A DNA stretch of 64,000 nucleotides, taken from NCBI GenBank assembly GCA_965113315.1, contig OZ220370.1. The stretch is one strand, 5' to 3'. Position numbers and translations under genes: made by a program. The DNA comes from Podarcis vaucheri (taxonomy: Eukaryota). Each line of letters begins with the position of its first letter. Position 1 is the stretch's first letter. The notes beneath the pieces are model-generated. The model saw only the letters and a list, made by a program, of their open reading frames with translations. It was not told the origin of the DNA and did not search any database. Shown here in pieces: positions 1 to 12,341 of the stretch.

Positions 1-1965
1 TGGGGCCAGTCATGATACAAATCTACCCTTGTGGTTTTCTCTTCAGTTTCTAATTGCTGGAGAAGGTAGCTCGCCTCCATGATTTTGAATTTATTTTGGG
101 AGTTTCGTTATTGCCTTGGTTTTTGAATATCATGTCAACTGACATTGAGATAATAGATTTCTCTCTTTTCTTCTCATTTAGGGATTACAAACCAGGGCAA
201 ACCACAACAAACAGCAGAGGAGGTAAAAAGTCCATGCTCTAGCCTTTCTCATTCTTTACAGTCTGGAACAGCGGCACAGGTGAAGCATTTGGAAATGTAC
301 AAATGACAAATTAAATACATTTGCCTTCATAATTGGTACCACTAATTTTCATAATAATGTTCAGGAAATGACGTTCTTACCATGCATTTTACATTACTGC
401 AAACACTCATTTCTCAAGCGGGGGGGGGGGGGAGAGAGAGAGAAACAGACAGACAACCCACACCACTCTTTTCAGTCAACTGCTCATCTGATTTCAGTGT
501 ATAGTATGGGTTTCCCTTATATACAGTGCCTGTAGGCACTATTCTTAACACACTGTTATTTTTTACACCCCCACATGGTGTTAATGAGTTGCCAGCTGCC
601 TGTTGTGACATAACAAGAAACCATGAACCCAATGTCTTCCTTATCCTTTGCTGGTTAGGCTTTCTGTTGTGGCATAGAAGTGTCAGATGGTATGATCAGA
701 AGTAAATAGTCATGACAGACAAGAGGAAAGGAACTGACAGTTGAAGATGCTGATACCCATTATGCCTCCACAACTACCACCTCCTGGGGAGACTGTTGAA
801 GGCTTTGAAATGTTACACTGTACTCTGGGCTAACATGGATCTTTCACAAATAATATATTTACTCCAGGAGAACCTGGTATGCCACCTAAACAGCTGGCTT
901 AGTGCCATTCAGGCACATAGAGCATTAGGCGTATCCAGTAAGTCTCTCTTTTTCACTCACCTTATATTCTAATTCAGACTGCTTAGCAGTGGTTCAGAAA
1001 TGAAGAAGAGACCCATTGCTGCGTCCTGTATCTTACCATTGAAGAGCATATAACAGCCCCCAGTCAAGAGGACCTCATAAACAGAGTTTGCAAAGTGGTG
1101 TTCATCTTATGACATGGGTTACAATCTGGATCAAAGCATTCTATTGCTTTGTGGTTTCTTATTTTGTTATCAGCTGTACTCAAGTTTACTTGAAATAAGA
1201 GAACAGTGTAGTGTGAGATTTTTCTACCACAGACACTGGGAAAATAGGCTCCTGCCCAGATTTTATGAAATTTTCCCCAGATTCCATGGAAAGAATATTG
1301 ATTACATTTTTATTCAAATTCAAAAAATTAATAGGTAATTTCTAGATTTCCTGGAATATTTTCAGCTGTTGCTAGGGTATTTTAAAAAAGAAAGAAAAAT
1401 TGTGGGGAAATTCCCCTCTAGCCCTCATGATTTCCACGCAGGTGAACTCTAAGTTTACCTACCAGTAAACTGTATTTTCTGTTTACAGCTTCTTTTTTCA
1501 AAATGAAGGTATGGCTCCCTTTGTTCCACTGGCCATCTGACCCACCCTGTGCCCCTTCTGAATAAACTCACATCCTTCCACCCCTCAAGTGCCCTCTTCA
1601 TACTGTCCTCCCCAAGGCATATTGTTCAGAGCACCATGTAGACAAGGGGCACACTAAAATAAAGGACTAGAATGCCAGCTGAAAACAATGGGACCTTATC
1701 TGAGGGCCCACAGTAAATAATGGAGCTGTGAATGTCGACTGAGATGATAGGACTCCGCTGAAATAAAAGCAAGCTTGAATGTTAAATGTGATGAAAATTT
1801 GATAATAGATTAATTGTCCACTTGAGTAACTTTCTATCTTGGAATAGGAAATGGACAGAAAAGAGTCTGGAAAAATTCCTTATACCCATGCTTTTGTATT
1901 GCTTCTGATGCTAGAGGGGTTGGAAAGGGATGGGGCAGGGGGGAATTAATCATGTCTTCTGTATA

Positions 1966-2319
1966 AAAAGGTAAAGGTAAAAGACCCCTGACAGTTAAGT
2001 CCAGTTGCAGGGGACTCTGGGGTTGTGGCACTCATCTCACTTTATAGGCCGAGGGAAGCCGGCATTTGTCCGCAGACAGTTTTTCTGGGTCATGTGGCCA
2101 GCATGACTAAGCCGCTTCTGGCACAACGGAACACCGAAACCAGAGCAGCGCACAGAAACACAGTTTACCTTCCCATCAGAGCGGTACCTATTTATCTAAT
2201 TGCACTTTTTGACATGTTTTCGAACTGCTAGGTTGCCAGGAGCTGGGACCGAGCAACAGGAGCTTACCCCGTTGTGAGAGGCTCAGTGGTTTAGACCACA
2301 GTGCCACCTGTGTCCCTAT
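1966..2319 (-). mobile_element. Sauria SINE (Squam1 type), internally deleted
   Basis: (AAAGGT)n tail on plus strand; body GGTCATGTGGCCAGCATGACT...GGTACCTATTTATCTA; 13-bp TSD TGTCTTCTGTATA at 1953-1965 and 2320-2332. Confidence 0.92.
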
Positions 2320-2533
2320 TGTCTTCTGTATACAAGAGAGTATACTGCAGTTCAAGTGGAAGAGGATAGTTAGGTTTTTTGCATCTACTCTGGGGTTCCT
2401 TGTATACTTCGTGCATTCCCGGAATCCTCTGCAAAGCCCCTTTTTTCTTACTGATGTTGCAGCCCTGAAGATTGTACTGGAATGCAAGAGGCAACCAGAA
2501 TACAAGCCAGCACCTCAGCACACTCTTCCTATA

Positions 2534-2866
2534 CAGTGGTGCCCCGCAAGACGAATGCCTCGCAAGACGGAAAACTCGCTAGACGAAAGAGTTTTCCGTT
2601 TTGGAGGTGCTTCGCAAAACGAATCTCCTATGGGCTTGCTTCGCAAGACGAAAATGTCTTGCGAGTTCCTGCGGGTTTTTTTCCTCCCCCCCTTTTTCTA
2701 AGCCGCTAAGCCGCTTATCTGCTTATCTGCTAAGCCGATAAGCCGCTAAAAGCCGCTAATAGCGCTAATCCGCTAATTCGTCAATGGACTTGCTTCGCAA
2801 GACGAAAAAACCGCTAGACGAAGAGACTCACAGAACGGATTCTTTTTGTCTTGCGAGGCACCACTG
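2534..2866. mobile_element. Tigger/pogo-like MITE (333 bp)
   Basis: TIRs CAGTGGTGCCCCGCAAGAC... and ...GTCTTGCGAGGCACCACTG. TA TSD at 2532-2533 and 2867-2868. Repeated subterminal CGCAAGACG/CGCTAGACG motifs. Confidence 0.88.
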
Positions 2867-3875
2867 TATGTGAAAGACAGGACGGTCAAGGTTTTAGTAG
2901 GAGCTGTGAGAGTAGTCAAGCAGCCTAAGAGACTCTGGGGAAATGTTTTTGCAGGAGGCCAAATGCTAAAGAAATGCAACAGGCTGCTGCAAAATGTGGT
3001 AAACTAGCAAGTTTTTTTTTGCCAAGCTGCCTTCAGCCAGTATCATTGTGATTAGTGAAAAAGAGAAAGGGGCAATACTCCTGAAACAAAGCAGAGAATA
3101 CAAGAATACAATAAAATACAAGGACAAATCACTCTCCTCAGACAAGAATTAGACTCACGGCTTCAGAATAATGACAGACTGACCAGCTTGGCTGTGCAAA
3201 AAGAGGTATCCAGTGAAAAGAGAGTAAATTATTGTCAAGTCATAAGGCTTGATGTGAGATTTACTTCTTTTTAATCCCAGAACTGAAAAAAGTTGTATGT
3301 TGCCCATAAACAGTGGTAATAATACAGCAAAAAAAGTATTCAGAAAATGGGATTGTTCTAACTGCTAAAAGTGTAAGAACTGAATGGAGAAAATCATTAT
3401 ATGCAAGTGCTAAATTTCTTTAATCATCTTTAATATTAAACTGCAGTTGTCATAGTATGCATGCATTATGTAAATTGTATTTTATGAAAGTTTAAAAGTG
3501 CTTTTTTGCATGGTTAAAAGTGCCCTTTTGAGTTCATTACGCACCAGTGAAAATCCCTTTTAAAAAGCACTGGATTTTTCCTATATTACCATTTTTATTC
3601 AAATTCAAATTAATAATAAGTAGTGTCTAGATTTCATGAAACATGTCCAGTTCTTCCCTTTTTTTGTTTGTTGAATGCTAATAAAATAAAAATAGAGCTT
3701 CAACCGTGGCTTGTTCCACACCTTTTGAAGTAATTTGTTAACTACTAGCATCACTTTTTCTCTAAAATGTTATTTACTTTTCTACACAGAAAAATAAGTC
3801 ATCTACTATTTTTGCCAATCACACTTTTTGGTTAAAACAACTGAAAAACATGTATTTAGTTACATTTCAAAAAAA

Positions 3876-4202
3876 GTTAAGTCCAGTCAAAGGCGACTAT
3901 GGGGTGCGGCGCTCATCTCACTTCAGGCCAAGGGAGCCAGCATTTGTCCACAGACAGCTTTCTGGGTCTTGTGGTCGGCATGACTAAACCGCTTCTGGTG
4001 CAATGGGACATTGTGATGAGTGGCAGAGCGCACAGAAATGCCGTTTACCTTCCTGCCACAGTGGTACCTATTTATCTACTTGCACTGGCGTGCTTTCAAA
4101 TTGCTAGGTTGGTAGGAGCTGGGATAGAGCAACCAAAGCTCACCCTGTCGCACAAATTCGAACTGCCGAATTTCCCACAGGCAAGTCCCAAGAGGCTCAG
4201 TG
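3876..4202 (-). mobile_element. Sauria SINE, truncated and diverged
   Basis: Colinear homology to the copies at 1966 and 34117; no TSD found. Confidence 0.88.
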
Positions 4203-6054
4203 TACCTCAAGGTTAACTTTTTCCTCTTCTTCGCTAAGATGTACAAGATGTACCAGCATCTTGGAGCACTCTATTCATGAGCTAAGCAGCTGATCTGAGT
4301 TATGCTGCACAATGCCCATTTACCAACTGCACATATTATTTGAAATGTCAGCGCATCATACTTGTCTTTTCTGGTAGATTTAATATCTCAATCATCACTT
4401 GAAATTATTGAAATGTGCCTGATAAATTCACTGCCCATCCTCAATCTATCTGTTTCGTCAAGAAAGCAGCAATAAGAGTCTTCATTGTGGTCAGTCTGTG
4501 TTGAATCTAGAGTTGTGGTCAGAGAAGAGAAAAGGGAGTAAGTCTATTTTGCCTATTCCTCCTTCTGTCCTTTCTTTGTGGATAGCTGTTCTACGGCGCC
4601 AGACATAAGGAGAAATAAGCAAAGATCAACTCCTTCCCCCAAGTGGAGAGCCTCTGCAGGGTCTCATTGCCTTCTGTGAATGGAAGGAGCCCTTCCATTC
4701 ACAGAATGGCAAATCTGGATCCAACCCTTCTGAGTCTGGGCATAGAACACTGAATTGAAGTGTCACATTTCTTTAATCCAGTGGCAGACATTATCGGCTA
4801 GACTAAGTGGCCAAAGCAATCCCAAAACAAGGCTGTAGGCTTAATTTAGTTGCTCAAACATCAAGTTCCGAAAGCATTTCTACTTGAGCATAAGAAGAAA
4901 TGGCCAACAAGATACAGGGGTAGCTAGAATACCGTCTTCTAATATCCCCTTAGGCTAATCAGATTTGAAAATCCACCACCAGAAGCTCAATACTTAGTAC
5001 ACTATATTTGCAGAAGAGCTTCAAGATGGATGTACAATTTAATAGTGCCCCTTTGATGATCCCTAGAAAACTCATGAATATATAAATTCATTGCTCAGAA
5101 TCTCTGTATCTGCAATTAGTGAGCTCCTATATCAGCAAGTATAGAAATCTCTGTTTGAGAGAATTAGAGCAGTAAGTTAAATTACAACTTTTGTCAATGA
5201 GCCCATTCTTAGTCTATTGATTTGTGCTAGGTGACATGATGACCTGATCTGAACCACACACACACAAATGTGATGTTTCTTTAATTGAAAACCAATTGGA
5301 TCTTTATTCCCCACCCCACTCCATTTCCTTCCTTCCGTCTTTCTTTTTCTTTCTTTCTTTTCAAAAAGATTCATTTTTATTACCCATGTTTTAAATCTTT
5401 GATGCGTTTAGTAAACATTGCAAATCTTAAATCACTGATTTATATCTTAATTCAGATATACAAAGGAGCTTTAGGATGAAGGATTTCCAAGAACAGTGTG
5501 CAATGGAGTTTAAAATAAATAAAAAATAAAAAACGTCCAAAAATGTTAGCACTTCTCTTGCATATATTGTAGTGCACTAATTGTTGGTTTTCATAATGTA
5601 GCTCATTAGTTTTGCATAATTTAAGTTTTAATTCATCGTTTAATTTTTAATTAAGGAGGCTTTCAAGATGAGCTTTCTGCTCAGATTTTAGTCACTTGCT
5701 AAATATGTTTGTGTAAAAAGGCTTAGGCAAGACATTGCCATTGTAGCCAATATTTCTCTGTGATATCCACTATGAAGACAATCATTTTAGTATACATTTG
5801 GAAAATAATAACTGCAATTTCAACATTGCATGTAGCATTTTTAATAATTAAAATGTGAGGAAAATACTCAAAACACTGTAGAAAAGATTCTCAGGTAAGA
5901 AAAGCAAAGTAACTCGTTTATGGATGGTGGCGTCACTTTCCGGTCACAATATCATGGAATGATATTACTTGCATGTAAGTAGCTGGGGCTTGTGGCCCGA
6001 AGGTTTCACCGTATCATCTGGTTAACATACACACATTTGCTTGCTATATCTCAC

Positions 6055-6071
6055 TGAACTTGTGTTGACCT
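6055..6071 (-). promoter_or_regulatory. Consensus DR5 retinoic acid response element
   Basis: Minus strand AGGTCA-ACACA-AGTTCA matches RG(G/T)TCA-N5-RG(G/T)TCA exactly. Motif match only. Confidence 0.4.
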
Positions 6072-9000
6072 TATCAGCGCAGGTTCACAGCCTAAATTAT
6101 CGGATCTATTTCCATTACAGAACATACAGAAGATTATGCAATTCTAAAAATAAAATAAAAAATGGCAGGAGCCAGATAGCAAATGCGGTAAGATAACAGG
6201 GCCTGCAAATGATAAAAAAGCCAGTTGTTTTTTTAAGATGAAGTATGATAAACCTAAAAATACAATCTCATCATATTTGGATGTCTAAAGCCCTATTCCA
6301 CTTTTCCTCACATAAAGGGGCAACACAAGTAAAAAGGGTCTATAGTTCTTCCCCTCATTATCACACACTTCATGCTGGCTTCCCACATGAAGTACTATTG
6401 TGGCAATTAGAGACCTGTAGATAATCTTGCACCAAAGAGTTGCCCCATTGTATCAGGAGACATTCTGGCCTTAAGGCACCAGGAAGAGCCTTATCTTGCT
6501 CACCACATACCAAAGTGTATGCATAATATGATAGTAGGAGTGTCCTTCAAATTGTACATGAGCAGAATTATAAACACAAACAAATCAATATGTTTCGGAT
6601 TTAACTGAGGAAATTTATTTATTTATATCAGAATTTATAAACCACTCTGCATTCAAAAAATATGTGAGTGGTGCATAGAAATATAATATACTACAAGGCT
6701 GAGATGGATGTAGGCAGTGGAATCCTATGAGGGTGGCACTATTACAGGTGAGGCACCACACCCACCACTACCAGATAAATGGGGAGAAGCGGCAGCAACT
6801 TCCGCTAACCTCTTGCAAGATCTCACCGCTGCCACTGCTCCCCCCTTGTCTCATGGTGGGGGGAGCACCCCACCTGCTCCCTGCAACTGTTGCTGCCACC
6901 ACCAGAGAAGCAGGGAGAAGTGGTGGCTGCTTCCGACGAGATCTTGTGGACCTCTTGCGAGATCTCGCCGGAAGCTACAACCCCAGTAAGCGAGGTGAAG
7001 GCGGGGGAGCACCTTCCTGTTTCATCTCAGGCTGTGAAACAGGCCAGGCCGTCCCTATATAAAACATAATCCAAATAACAACACAGTGTTAAAACATGAA
7101 AACCACCAGGAATTACAAACTACAGAAATAAAAAAGGAAGGCTTAGGAGAAGATCTTTAAGCAAATGTCAAAAAAGAAAAAACTGGAACCTGCCTCCATT
7201 CTGAAGGAAAAGAATTTTTGGGAACTGGTCTGTTTTGCCGCAGGGGTATATGGCATTATCATCAGATCTTCCTCCACAGAATTAAGTGACCAAAACTGTT
7301 TATCAGATACCTACCTGATGCTATTGGTACTCAATGTGATATAATGGGATAAAATTAAATTTATTAACATGGTGATCTTTTTTTCCTCATAGGATGATGG
7401 AAATGAACCAAGTTTACTGTAACAAAACGGGCCAGTTCAAAAGCTACAAATGGGTTTCATGCTACATGCCTTGTCTTCTCTACAAGTGCACCACGAGTTG
7501 GATTCTTCATGGATTCTGTCATAGGTTTCTGAAGACTATCACCAATCACTCTCTTGGTAGAACAGTCATGTTTGTAGTTCAAACAGGCACTCTTACATAG
7601 CCTTCTTACAGAGTGTTTTAGTTAATTTTGTCTTACTGATCTACCAGATGTTTTAGCACATCGTCTTCAAGAGACTGAAACCATTTTTGAAAGTGCACCT
7701 AAGCAAGAATAGCCACTGAAGTGGAAAGTGTAATACTGTGAAATCCAAGAAAAGGTAATAAGCACCTCTCATTTTAAAAGGAGTAAAACATTATCAGTAT
7801 GCAACAATGTAAAATTTGACTAATTGGGTCAATAAGTCTATGTGAGTAACCTGTTTGTTGTCATATTGTTGTTGTCATAACAATCGTTTTTAATTATTGT
7901 AGTATATGACTTACCAGCTTATCAGAAATCAGGATTGCGCTCACATGGCATGGTAATAGTCCATGATGCAATTTATCACCTAACATACAGTTTTTAGGGA
8001 AGCATCAAATAAGTGGGAACGGAGAGAAACAGCAAATTTAACATCCATTTTGCTGATGACTGATATTCACAAAAGTGGTATGGAACAGATAAAAGGTTTC
8101 CTTTTTATTTTTTCCTTTCCTTCACCAACACCAGAATTTATTTATTAGTTAGAGAATTGCCTGAGGAATAAATAAGCGTTGTTCTGGACCAGTAACCTGG
8201 CAGTGGTGCAAATGATTAATATGTAGTTAGCTTAGATGAACAAGGTGATATATTTATAGTAAGAGCAGTGCTGTTCCATTACTCAATATTGAATATTCAT
8301 TTTAAAGCCAAATTTGTCAAGGGTTTAACTAATAGCATTGCCAAGACCCCCCGTTTATTTCCAGAAGGACAGTTTTAGGAGATCAACGGAAGACATCTGT
8401 GGAACAAGCCAAATTGAAGAAATCTACATGTCTGAATCAATACACTGTGAATGCTTATCAAAAGATTGAATATTGTTATAGTGGATTCGATTTCAACTGT
8501 TTCAAAAGTACAAGAAAGTTCCTTGAAATTCATTAGCACCTCTTGCTTATTTTTAAATAGCAGGACTGGCAGGGTGGGGAGAGGTGTCAGAGGTTTAAGA
8601 CAATCCCCACTCAGATGGCAAATTTAGATTTTAAAAAATTATCCTCTCAATCTGTTACCGATTTAAAATCTTTCAGCTGATGAGTGTGTAAACAAAGGAG
8701 GACTGGAAAAACCAGCCAGGTTTTATGTATTTAAAACCACCACAGCTTTCTTTGTCCCTTTAAGCAAATCTGGCCCTCCCAAAAAAACCCCCCAAAAATG
8801 GTGGTGGCAGCAATGGAAAAACAACAACCCCTGTTTGTGCTCGTGAGATGCTATTTCATCTTTCTTTGTGTACTTTCAGTGTGCACTAAAAAGAAAAACC
8901 ACCCAAACCTGCCTCCCTATCACGCTTCCCCCCTTCCCATTGCAGCTGTGCAGCTCAGAAAACACTCCTTGCAATGCAGACACTTCCTGTTGCAATGTCC

Positions 9001-9630
9001 ACATGCCTCAGGTCTGGATTAGCAACAATTAGAAACTTGACGCTGCTATGTAAAAACCCAATGTGTGCAAGATCATAGGCTAACTCTTTTGGCCAGCCAG
9101 GATGGCTCCTTTGCACAAGGTCATCCAGGTTCCCAGAGCGCCATATCAGAGAGGCTTCTATCCAGACAAAGCCCATTGCACTGGGTTTCTAATGAATCAA
9201 CGAAATTTAACTTGGACTAACTTCTAATAATGTCAATAGGACCAACGTTCAACCAACTTAACGGCAAAACTACGACATGTAAGAAATGCTCTGCTGGATC
9301 TATATGAAGGTTATCAAAAATGCAAATTACACAGGGGAACTTATAACACAGCAGATGAGATATAGAGATGGAATTTAACCCTTTCCTCCCTTGCTGCATT
9401 CCTGTAGATCTCCCCTCTTCTCGTTTGCAAAGGAGGGGAAAGCAGATTTCCACTGGCACAATGTATTTGTACCAAATCAAATATGAGCTTCACAATACAG
9501 AATTTCTGCAGGGGAAGAAAGGGTAAAATCCCCACTTCCAAGGCTGCTCTGATCCCATTAAGTTTGTCACTCCAGCCAATACAACTGGCATTCTTTTCTT
9601 TTCTTTTTAACTACCTATAGATGCAACAGA

Positions 9631-9952
9631 GGGATGCGGGTGGCGCTGTGGGTTAAACCACAGAGCCTAGGACTTGCAGATCAGAAGGCCGTTGCTCGGT
9701 CTCTGCTCCTGCCAACCTAGCAGTTCGAAAGCATGTCAAAATGAAAGGAGATAAATAGGTACCACTCTGGTGGGAAGGTAAATGGCGTTTCCGTGCGCTG
9801 CTCTGGTTCGCCAGAAGCAGCTTAGTCATGCTGGCCACATGACCCGGAAGCTGTACGCCTGCTCCCTCGGCCAATAAAGCAAGATGAGCACCGCAACCCC
9901 AGAGTCAGTCATGACTGGACCTAATGGTCAGGGGTCGCTTTACCTTTACCTT
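9631..9952 (+). mobile_element. Sauria SINE, internally deleted
   Basis: Head GGGATGCGGGTGGCGCTGTGGGTTAAACC, tail (ACCTTT)n, TSD TAGATGCAACAGA(G) at 9618-9631 and 9953-9966. Confidence 0.93.
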
Positions 9953-10969
9953 TAGATGCAACAGAGCATATAATGAATGTCACATGAGTACAGTTTGGCG
10001 CTTCAGATAGATCCAGCCTAAGGATCTTATGGATGAACAGGAGTTGTGGATGTCAGTACGCCCAACATAATCAGCAGCTGGGTTTGGTATGGAAAGCTCT
10101 ACCCACAAGCATCAGGCTGGCTACGTGTTAATGTGCTACTTAGTCAAAACAGTACTACATGGAGCTAAAGGAATTTTGCATAACATAGTAAGAAGACACA
10201 AGATCCTCTTATCACTTTTCAAGGACAAGCATTCTCCTCATGGCAGAGAACAGAATCTTCTTTTATACCACTGAGACCCGATTTGAAACAGGAAAAAGTA
10301 TAAAAATCCATAAGGTTCTTCTCCTTATTAAAAGCTATCAGAATGTAAAGATTTTAAATAAAAAAACACCTCTTTATTATACAATTTATGAAACTGAAGG
10401 TCAGTTCTATTATCCTTATAAATTAATTTTTTTAAAAAAAAAACCTAGCCTCTTAAAATTCAGAAGAATAATGTATATTTAAAATATTCTATAATTACTG
10501 CAAAAGTATTAATTAACAGTTCATAGAAGTATAAGTAGTGAGATGAGCGAATAAGCCATCTACTGACTATAAATAAGAGGGTTTTTTTTTTAAAAAAAAT
10601 CACTTTATGGCATTTTTGTAACTATATGATATTAGATAGGTCATAACATTAGTACTTTTCTCTGAAAATCTAATAATTACTAACCTTTTTCATTTCTGAG
10701 CTGATTATTGACTTTGTAATAAATTGGTGTAAGTTCAGTCTCACAGTCATTTGCAAATATTAACCATGAATGTAATTTTTCAGCTGTGCTGACCATTAAC
10801 ACCACAATGCAGACATACACTAAGAGTCAAGTTTAAGAGAAGTCTAAAATACCACATCCTGAAAAGGTTTTAGATGAAGACAGATAAGCTAGTACAAGTG
10901 ATCCCATGAGATGGGGAACTTGTACATTGTGTCTAATTAGTTCCAGAGGATAATCTGAAGCCAACTTTG

Positions 10970-11097
10970 AAGAAGCTGAGCAGGGCTTGGTCTGACCATT
11001 GTCTGTATGGGTGACCACACAGCTGGGAACCACATTTATGTTGTCTTGGGTTTTATGAAGAAGAAATGTGGGGTGTAAATATGATGAAATAAATATA
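10970..11097 (+). mobile_element. Possible 5S rRNA-derived SINE remnant
   Basis: GAAGCTGAGCAGGG..GGTCTG...TGTATGGGTGACC..CTGGGAA resembles the 5S internal control region; A-rich tail. Confidence 0.45.
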
Positions 11098-11134
11098 TAA
11101 TACTATAATTAGTCTTATAGCTGCCATTTAATCA

Positions 11135-11690
11135 GTGAAGGTGTCAAACAGACCTCACTAGGAAGAGCACCCACAAAGAGCAAACCACAACTGAAAAGGA
11201 CCTCTTCCTTACCGTCATCCTCTGAACCTCCCTCAAAGGAGGGACATGGAGAAGGGTCTCAGATGAAGACCAAAGTGTCCAAGTAGGTTCATATCACGAC
11301 AGAAATTCCAGGTGAATTTCCGTCCTGATGGCATCCGGAAACAACTTCATAGGTCAAACCATTACTTTGAATTGGGCTCATAAGCATACAGGCAGCAGAA
11401 ATGATGCTATATAATCTCTTCGCCTTGAGCTTGTCAACAGTCAGGCAACCACCTTATGCACTAACTGAAACTTCTGGGCTGTTTTCAAAGGCAGCCCCAA
11501 ATAAAGTGCATTGCCGTGGTCTAACCCTGAGGTTTCCAGGGCACAGATTACTGTGGCCAAGTTGGCCCTGTTGAGATAGGGTCATAGTGAGGCCACTGGC
11601 TTAAGCTGGTAGGAAGGCCGTCTGTACCACAGAGGCAACATATGTCTCTGCTGACAGAAATTGATCCACGAGAAGCCTCAAACTCCTGGA
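11135..11690 (-). mobile_element. Degenerate L2 LINE 3' fragment
   Basis: Reverse complement of 11480-11565 encodes LATVI.ALETS.LD..NAL..GLPLK, typical of the L2 ORF2 C-terminus. Confidence 0.75.
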
Positions 11691-12341
11691 CAGGATTTAC
11701 CACCTCCCTAGGGGCAATATGTAATCAATCTTTAGCCACCTGAACAGCTCAGTTAGATGGCAAACCAAGGACGCAATGGAGGTGGAGAAGTACATTTTCT
11801 TCATCGTAGGCTTGAATTTGAGCATGTACCAGTGTTTGATTAAATTGGTTGGTAGTTTTTCCCCTATCTGCATGCAAGCTTTCTCTCTCTCTGCTTTATT
11901 GCTTTTAGCTCCAAGGGATATCCTGAAGCTTTCTAAATTCTGCCAGTCGAAACAAAAGACACCTACACGCAATTGTGTCAACCACCCCAATCATCTCTGT
12001 ATTCCACAACTGAGCAAATGATTTGTCCTCATCCTATTAGTAAGAAAGCTGTTGTGCTGCTATGGAAAAGATATTAACGTCTGAACAGAAAATCCCAGAT
12101 TCAGAATCACAGCTTTCCCACAATGCTTGCCAAGTGACCTGCAGCAAGACACTCAAATTAACCACTTTGCAGTTAATTGTGAAGGTAAATTAAGATGGTA
12201 ATGTATTCGGCACTTTTCTTTGTATATATGTAAAAAAAAACCTTCATGATGTTACAGCCAAACAAAATAGTGGTAATACTAAGAAGTTAAGATCCATTCT
12301 GCACATTTCTCTTTTTGACTCACTTTCCCATAATAACGTAA

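Noticed and set aside
1300-3660. Similar ~65-bp segments at ~1307-1370 and ~3592-3655
   Set aside because: AT-rich and diverged; most likely two remnants of one old repeat, with no defined ends.
6693-7056. GC-rich block with GAGATCT repeats, possible old hAT-type element
   Set aside because: I could not establish matching TIRs or a TSD, so it is left uncalled.
7915-7979. Minus-strand 65-nt exon candidate with a strong GTAAGT donor
   Set aside because: Weak acceptor, unrecognised peptide, and no partner exons found.
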